NCBI GenBank assembly: GCA_038883655.1
Contig: JAVZLQ010000004.1
Location: 160,001 to 224,000 of the forward strand
Direction: 5' to 3'
Length of the DNA: 64,000 bases
Origin: Candidatus Bathyarchaeia archaeon
GTDB taxonomy: Archaea > Thermoproteota > Bathyarchaeia > Bathyarchaeales > Bathycorpusculaceae
Made by a program: the position numbers and the translations under genes. Position 1 is the stretch's first letter, and each line of letters starts with the position of its first letter. The notes beneath the pieces are model-generated. The model ran no database searches and had not been told where the DNA came from. It saw only the letters and a program-made list of their open reading frames with translations. This document shows positions 57,415 to 64,000 of this stretch, piece after piece.

Positions 57415-57488
57415 GTTACTGTAACAGAGTTTATACTATTAAAATAAATGTGGAGAAACGATTAGCCTAAGTGTTGGTCAGCGTAACT

Positions 57489-57629
57489 CTAATATCTTCG
57501 TCTTTGACTTCTTCTCTTCGACCAACATTCTCGGCAGTAAACTGGTCTGCTTGGGTCAGGCTTGAATGGAACTTCGCATTCCTGTCCACAATCAGCGCAG
57601 ACTGCCTTATGCATTTGCTTATCTGACAT
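57489..57629 (-). CDS. CxxC-x17-CxxC zinc-ribbon microprotein (46 aa)
   Basis: Manual translation: MSDKQMHKAVCADCGQECEVPFKPDPSRPVYCRECWSKRRSQRRRY. Below the ORF-track cutoff. Confidence 0.88.
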   Translation of the reverse strand: MSDKQMHKAVCADCGQECEVPFKPDPSRPVYCRECWSKRRSQRRRY

Positions 57630-57784
57630 TTACACTTTCAACTCCTATACTTTTATTGTGCAAAAACAGCCTAAGCACGCTTTTGCACGATGCACACATC
57701 AATTGCACAGCTGCTTATAAAACTTGCCATCAGAATACCCTAAATAGTCCTAAAAATCCTAATAAATGCGAGGAGGCTAAGCAA

Positions 57785-58066
57785 TTGAAGTTGCTGCTGG
57801 ACGAGATGTACGCTGGACTAAAAGAGTATTTCGAAACCTTAGGATATGAGGTCCTAACCGTGCATGAAGTTGGACTGCAAGGTGCGAGGGATAAAGACAT
57901 TGTGGAATACGCCAAGAAAAACAATCTGCTGCTAATCACGCAAGACCAGAAACCAGCGGAACTCGCGGAACTCATGGGCGTAAGATGTGTGTTGATTTCT
58001 AACGCGCTCATTGCTAAAATAGCGGATGAGAGGATAAAAGAAAAATATCCTGACATAAAACCTTAA
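57785..58066 (+). CDS. DUF5615/Mut7-C PIN-like protein
   Basis: KLLLDEM, LGYEV, D.DI.EYA, LLITQD; TTG 57785 after GAGGAGG. Confidence 0.82.
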   Translation: MKLLLDEMYAGLKEYFETLGYEVLTVHEVGLQGARDKDIVEYAKKNNLLLITQDQKPAELAELMGVRCVLISNALIAKIADERIKEKYPDIKP

Positions 58067-58080
58067 TGTGGTGAACGCGC

Positions 58081-58341
58081 ATGTCCACAATTGAAGTTAA
58101 AGTAGTAAGCCAGAAGGGGAAATGTGCTTTTGGGCATAAGGTAGGCGATAAAATAGTTTTTGATGGCAAATCTGTGAAGGGGGATATATGCTATAGCGCT
58201 CTTATGGTTTTGCTGCCTAAAGTTTATGCCATGCGTTACGGTGTTGAATTTCCATGGAGCGAAGACAAGGATGTAATTTTTAATGCTTGTCCAGATGCTG
58301 AAAACCCTGTTGTCTTTGAAATTCGAAGGATTAGAAAATAG
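58081..58341 (+). CDS. TIGR04076-family small Cys protein
   Basis: GKCAFGHKVGD, IC..A, CPD..NPVVFEI. Confidence 0.85.
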   Translation: MSTIEVKVVSQKGKCAFGHKVGDKIVFDGKSVKGDICYSALMVLLPKVYAMRYGVEFPWSEDKDVIFNACPDAENPVVFEIRRIRK

Positions 58342-58357
58342 TTTAACGTTATTTTTG

Positions 58358-59431
58358 CTAAATGAGCGTTTTCTGTTTTTCCGCTGATGTGAAATTTGAA
58401 ACTTTTACGCCTATAAGCCTCACTTTCTTGTCAAGCCTTAGGTATGGTTGTATTAGTTCTTTTGCTGTTTTCTTCAGGTCTTCTAGGCGGTTTGTTATGA
58501 ATGGTAGTGTTTTGCTATGTGTGTGCGTCTCGAAGTCTTCGTATCGAATTTTGACTGTTACTGTTTTGAAGTTTAGCTGTTGCCTTATGACATCTTTGTG
58601 GGCATCTTCTGCGAGCTTTTCCAAAGTATTTTGAATTAATGTAAAATCTGAAGTGTCTTCTTCGAATGTTATGTCTCGGCTGATGGATTTTATTTCGCCC
58701 CTTTGTTCAACTTCGCTTTTGTCTATGCCGTGCGCCATCAAGTAAAGCTGTGTGCCCATAACCCCAAAATTTTCAGTCAAGACAGTTGGGTCGTAACGGG
58801 CCAAGTCGCCTATCGTTTTTATGCCCATAGCCCTCAGCTTCTGTTCGGTTTTCCTTCCAACCCACAAGAGTTTGCGGATTGGAAGCGGAGCCAAAACCCT
58901 TTCAACTTCGTCTTCTCTTATGATTGTTAATCCGTCTGGTTTTTGTATGTCACTTGCTATTTTTGCCACAAGTTTGTTTGGACCAATGCCAATTGAACAT
59001 GTTAATCTCTCTTTTTCATAGATTTCCCTTTTAATTTGCCTCGCAAGTGCTTCAGCTTCAGCGTAATCGCTAGCCCTAGACGTAACGTCTAGGAAAGCTT
59101 CGTCTATTCCCCACTGTTCGAATTTGTCTGCGTATTTTCGCAGTATGCCCATGATCTCGTTTGAAACTTTCGTATACAATTCGTAATTTACTGGTAGGTA
59201 TATGGCTTCTGGGCAGAGTTTCCAAGCCTTTGATATGGGCATGCCAGACCTAACGCCATACTTTCTAGCCTCGTAATTGCATGTGCTTACTACGCCTCTT
59301 CCTTTCCCGCCTTTTGGGTCAGCTCCAACAATTACTGGTTTTCCCTTGTATTCTGGGTGCTCCCGCTCCTCAACCGCCGTGAAGAAGTGGTCCATGTCTA
59401 TGTGGAAAATTATCCGTCTTTTCTCGCTCAT
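58358..59431 (-). CDS. dinB: Y-family DNA polymerase IV (DinB/Dbh)
   Basis: HIDMDHFF, NYEARKYGV.SGM, IDEAFLD, KIASD..KPDG, little-finger RLIGV. Confidence 0.95.
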   Translation of the reverse strand: MSEKRRIIFHIDMDHFFTAVEEREHPEYKGKPVIVGADPKGGKGRGVVSTCNYEARKYGVRSGMPISKAWKLCPEAIYLPVNYELYTKVSNEIMGILRKYADKFEQWGIDEAFLDVTSRASDYAEAEALARQIKREIYEKERLTCSIGIGPNKLVAKIASDIQKPDGLTIIREDEVERVLAPLPIRKLLWVGRKTEQKLRAMGIKTIGDLARYDPTVLTENFGVMGTQLYLMAHGIDKSEVEQRGEIKSISRDITFEEDTSDFTLIQNTLEKLAEDAHKDVIRQQLNFKTVTVKIRYEDFETHTHSKTLPFITNRLEDLKKTAKELIQPYLRLDKKVRLIGVKVSNFTSAEKQKTLI

Positions 59432-59589
59432 GCTTTTCCAAGTTTAAGACTGTGCTTTTGCTGATTTGAACCTATCGCGAAAATGTGTACGCCACTGTGC
59501 ATATGTGGAACTTCACTAACGATTTTCCATTCATAACATTTAATGCTCCCATGTATCCTAATAAGACGGAACGGTTGGGGGAAACGCTG

Positions 59590-59817
59590 ATGGGAGAAAT
59601 ATCCACAGAAGCTGCCCGTCAAATAGTCGTGGACTTCGTTAAGCAGAGAAAGAAAGCAGAGCGTGTAGAAATATCCACTGTTGAGCAGAAGGGTAGCTGC
59701 TGGGTTGTGAGGGGTACATGTCCAATAGACTTGGAAGGACATCCATGGGCTGAAAGGTTCGAGATAGTCGTGGACCAGAAAGGGAAAATCAAGTCGACGG
59801 ACTTTGCACTATTATAA
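59590..59817 (+). CDS. Small hypothetical protein (PepSY-like pattern)
   Basis: ISTEAARQIV...WVVRG...FEIVVDQKGKI; ATG 59590. Confidence 0.55.
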   Translation: MGEISTEAARQIVVDFVKQRKKAERVEISTVEQKGSCWVVRGTCPIDLEGHPWAERFEIVVDQKGKIKSTDFALL

Positions 59818-59826
59818 TCATGTAAT

Positions 59827-60504
59827 TTACAAAACCTTTCTTTTCAGCTTGCCGTCATGCATCACGTAAATTGCATCTGCAACCTCAACAATTTTTTCAT
59901 CATGAGTTGCAACAATAACAGTTCTCTTTTCGCTTTTACTCATGTTAAAAAGCAAGGAAATAATTTCCTTGGCGGTTTCCGAGTCAAGCTCACCAGTAGG
60001 CTCATCAGCAATAATCAGTTCGGGATTGTTAGCTAAAGCTCTGGCTATTGCCACACGCTGCATTTCACCCATACTCAACTCTTTGGGTCTATGATGAAGC
60101 CTCTCGCTTAAACCAACGGCTTCAAGAAGTTTTATCGCGTTTTCCCGCTGCTCTTTTTGGGGTTTGCCAGCCAAAGCCATAGGCAACTCAACATTTTCCA
60201 GAGCTGATAACGTGGGTAGCAGATTAAATGTTTGGAAGATGAAGCCCATTTTAAGAAGCCTTATTTTTCTCCTTTGCGAGCTAGAAAGTAGGGTTGTATC
60301 AATGTCATCTATAATTACTTTCCCATGGTTTGGGTAATCATTCAAGCCGATAAGATTTAACAGTGTAGATTTTCCCGCTCCCGAGGGTCCAACAATTGCT
60401 ATAAAGCCTGCTTCATTAACATCAAAACTAACTTTGTTGACGGCAATTATTTCTGAGGAGCCCACGCGAAATATTCGCGTTAAGTCTACTGTTTTAATTT
60501 TCAT
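59827..60504 (-). CDS. ABC ATP-binding protein (LolD/MacB family)
   Basis: GPSGAGKST, FIFQTFNL, LSMGEMQR, ADEPTG, ATHD. Confidence 0.93.
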   Translation of the reverse strand: MKIKTVDLTRIFRVGSSEIIAVNKVSFDVNEAGFIAIVGPSGAGKSTLLNLIGLNDYPNHGKVIIDDIDTTLLSSSQRRKIRLLKMGFIFQTFNLLPTLSALENVELPMALAGKPQKEQRENAIKLLEAVGLSERLHHRPKELSMGEMQRVAIARALANNPELIIADEPTGELDSETAKEIISLLFNMSKSEKRTVIVATHDEKIVEVADAIYVMHDGKLKRKVL

Positions 60505-61681
60505 CAGTATTCAACCTTTAAAACCTCGGTTATCTTCATCTTTGCAGCAGCTACTGAAGGAATTATGCCTGCAACGCAACTAACTGATACCGTGGATACT
60601 AATACTTTCAGCATTAGAGTTGGTGGGGTGATGTCAAAAATTCCTGGTAAAAACAGCGATATTGGTATGCTTGTGTATATGCTTGCAACGATGATTGCCA
60701 AAAACGAACCTAGTAGTATTCCCGCTTGGCCGCCTAAAAGTCCCATAAGTCCAGTTTCCATGATAACCATTTTGTAGATGAAGCTTTTTGGGGCACCTAT
60801 AGCGTCTAATGTGGCGAAATCTCTTCTTCTCTCGGAAACGTTCATCATTGCAACTGCTGTTACGAATATCATGCTTAATATGAAAAGCACTGTTGTTACT
60901 CCAAGCACCCATATTTCAATATTGTTTATTAGTGGTTGTGCAAGGTTTGTTCTTTCTTCTTCCGTCAAAGCGTCAATATTTTCAATCCGTGTTTCGATGC
61001 TTTCCGCCAACTCTTTTATATTGACCCCTTCTTCCGGCTCCACGACTATCAAGTTAACCAGGTTGTAATAATTGTATATTTTTTGAGCAATGTCGAGGGA
61101 GGTTAAAATTGAACGTGACAGTATAGCGGAACTTGTATCTAACACCCCAGTTATCACTAAATCATAATTATTCAACTTAATATGGTTCCCTATTGAAAGG
61201 TTAAATTGGGCGGAGAGGGAGGAACCGATAACCGCCTCATATTCGCTTTTAGAGGGCCAGTTTCCACCGGTTTTTAGGGGGTTGGTCCTACAAGAACAGA
61301 CCAGTTTCCGTGGGGTATGCCTATAGTGAAGTTTTTTGGTGAAATTTCGATTGTTCCGTCGAAGTTAAAAATAAAGAGCATTGGAATGGCATTTTTGACT
61401 CCTGAGATGTTCTGTAGTTTGCCGGTTATGGTTTGTGGAAGATTTCCAGTTGATATTGGAAATGCTTCTATTACTATTGTTCCTTTGCTTACGACCACGA
61501 TTTTTCCGTTGAAGTAGGTGTGCATCTCCCTTATTATTGATATGTATCTGGAGGTTGTCGCCCCTATCGTTATTATTAAACTTGTGGCTAACGTTATGCC
61601 AAGAATACAGAGAAAGGTTCTCAAGCGTCTACGACAAAGGTTTCGGAAGCACATAGTCAAAGTTCTCAGATTTTGCACCAT
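60504..61681 (-). pseudogene. MacB/FtsX-family ABC permease split by a frameshift at about 61277-61281
   Basis: The N-terminal ORF (RRRLRTFLCILGI) stops at GPTP*. Adding one base to the G5 run gives GPTPLKTGGNWPSKSEYEAVIGSSL..., continuous with the C-terminal ORF (ERRRDFATLDAIGA, GIIPS..AAK). Confidence 0.8.
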
Positions 61682-61774
61682 CCATCATTTTGGTTAGATT
61701 TTAGTTCTAGGATTAAATTGCAAAGATAATATATAGGAGCATTTGCATATATATGGTGCACGCTGGGAGAAGGC

Positions 61775-64000
61775 ATGTTGAGGATAAAAAAACTTGTGTC
61801 GATTATGATGTTGTTGCTTTTGGCGTTACCGATCTCTCCCGTTTTTGCTGGAGTAAAACTTGAGGCGTTTGCCGATGGTTCTGCTTATTTAACGGGCAAC
61901 ATAATTGATAGAGGCGTAGACATAGACTATGATGTAGATTTTGACTATCTGGAAGTTAGCGTTGAAATCAATGTCACATTAGCGGGGTATTATGAAGTTT
62001 ATATTTCCAATCTTAGGGATCTTAGCGGCAATTACATTAGTGTTTATGGCTATAGCTACTCGTATCTTAATGTAGGTGTACAATTTGTGTACCTCGCATT
62101 AAACGGCGAACAGATTTATTCTTCTGGGCGTAACCCCAGCAGTGTTTCATATATAGCGCTATACGATGAAGAATGGAACCTTTTAGGAAGCCTTTCTGGT
62201 GTGCCTCTCTCCCGAGAATATCACTACTATGAGTTTGACCTCCCACCAGCTTATTTTACAGGTGCAATTTCCGATGAGGGGATGGATGCTGATGGGGACG
62301 GAAAGTTTGATTACCTTAAAGTTGGCGTGGAAGTTAGCGTAATAGAAGAAGGGCTATATCAAGTTGGCATATCTGGACTGGTTGCAGGTAGCAATAACAT
62401 TTACGTATCTGATTTTGATGTTTCGCCTTTGAATATGGGCACGCAGTATGTGTATCTAAAGCTTCATGGTCCAACAATCTATTCATCAAATTTAAATGCA
62501 ACAGCGGTGAGTTACATGTACCTTTACAAGATCGATTACTTCTACTCAAAATGGCTAGGAAGCATAAGTGACATTCCGCTTTCTCGTGAATATCACTATT
62601 ATGAGTTTGACCCTCCATTTGCTGATATAGAAGCAAAGTTTACAGTGTATCCCGACGGACGAGTAGTTATGGGTGGGACACTAAACTATACGCACCTTCC
62701 ATACCCCTACATTAGCGGAATGGATGCTTCTGGAGATGTAAGCTTTAAAGGGACAGATGGTTCAACAGAGATGTCTGCAAACATTGCCTTTATGGTTCAA
62801 GAACACATTGCAGATGTGTTCCCATATTATGGCACGTCTTTCCAACTAAATGGCACATACCTTGGCGGGATGGCGGACATTGGCATAACTGCATCTGTCA
62901 ACTTCCCAGAAAGCTTGGCATCGCAATTCCCGCTAAACCTATCGGACTTTACGGTAATAGCTGACTATGCAAACAACGAATTAACTGGCACAATAACAGT
63001 ACCATTAATTTCGGGCATGCCCATAGCCACACTAAACGTGAACTTTCATGGAAACATAACAGACCTATTCCTCAGCGATGAGCTTGAAGTGGTTTATGGC
63101 ACATACTTTGGCTACGAAGTAAACGAGACTATTGTGGAAAACTTGCTTCTGCAGTTAAATAGCACGATTCCTGGAAAAGGATCAGGCTCGTTATATGAAT
63201 TTACACAGGGCATACTTGAGTGTATTTGGCTTAACACAACCATGGATAAAAGGACTGACGGGGCAACAATATCATTCAACGCGTATATCCATGGAGATTT
63301 CATTCGATACTTTGTATTAGTCATGTCAGGCTATGAGAACTCAGGTTTATACCGGCTCTTAAACGCGCTCGTTTACTCAATTGAAACTGGCCAGTTTGAG
63401 CTTTCCTATGCGAAAACATTCGGAACAGCTTCGATGGATTTGGACTTTACTGCTAACATCGCTAGATTGTGGTCAACGCTTGAGGAGACTATACCTCCAG
63501 ACGTCCCACCACAACAGAGAGAGCCAATAGAGCTTTTCTTAAACACAACTTTTTGCACGGTGGAATCCGCGCAAGTTTATTGGACATACGCAAACTGTAG
63601 GTCAGACATGCAGATAAACGCTACAATTGGCGGCGATTTCAACACTGAGCTCAACTTCATCAAAAATCTATACGTGACATATGTCAGTCCGTACCCACCC
63701 TCAATATGGCAATTTATCAACAGCACCGAATTAGACCTAAGCAATCTGCATGTCACATTTAACGTGACCAGAACGTCTATGCTCCGTAGAAAACTTTGTG
63801 GTAAAACCACCAACAGACCCTGTTGATTCCAACCCTAACCAGTTTAAACTCACAAGATTCTTTAACCTAACTTATTCGCCTTACGGCGAACCCCCAACAA
63901 AAGATTCAAGGCTAAAAATAACCGTTGAGGGAGGATACAACTCAACTCATACGGTCACCATGATAAGCCCGCCAACAGTACCGCCGCCAGACATTGTATC
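61775..64000 (+). CDS. Large secreted/surface protein with two N-terminal Ig-like repeats; frameshift near 63780, continues off the window
   Basis: Signal peptide, two repeats of about 124 aa with D.G.D.D.D..FDYL.V.VE, and many sequons. The alternative frame from about 63784 (SVENFVVKPPTDP...) is open to the window end. Confidence 0.7.

Noticed and set aside
57566-57784. 5' extension of the PIN-like ORF
   Set aside because: It overlaps the antisense zinc-ribbon gene; the domain and a strong SD begin at TTG 57785.
61271-61285. Programmed ribosomal frameshift at CCC-TAA
   Set aside because: CCC-stop sites promote +1 shifts, whereas a -1 shift is needed here; no X-XXY-YYZ heptamer is in frame.

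Overview
Archaeal chromosomal window of mostly core genes. The most likely source is Bathyarchaeia or a related TACK lineage. This is inferred from unsplit Rpo2, fused Rpo1 (A'+A''), rpl13e, intron-containing tRNAs and a bacterial-type PAS kinase/receiver pair. Core content: the RNA polymerase operon (rpoB-rpoA-rpl30e-nusA), RNase P/L15e/L13e genes, tRNA-processing genes and class II HMG-CoA reductase. Notable loci: (1) a three-gene operon for a short, hinge-less Smc5/6-like ATPase with a kleisin and an Nse1/Nse3-like kite protein; (2) an arrestin-fold/Zn-ribbon/SPFH operon with a convergent mini-paralogue; (3) a B12 acyl-CoA mutase cluster with isobutyryl-CoA-mutase signature residues, near three thiolase-family and three DUF35 genes; (4) a pentameric ligand-gated ion channel; (5) a eukaryote-like two-domain Rpo5/RPB5; (6) nrdR-nrdD-nrdG with candidate NrdR boxes. 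The window ends in an accessory region with two frameshifted genes. RNA elements read from the sequence: tRNA-Leu(CAA) and tRNA-Ile2(CAT), both with introns; a box C/D sRNA predicted to guide 23S Gm2251; a candidate rpl15e leader; and an orphan GC-rich hairpin. No CRISPR array, rRNA or transposase was seen. All calls come from motif recognition by eye; no searches were run.
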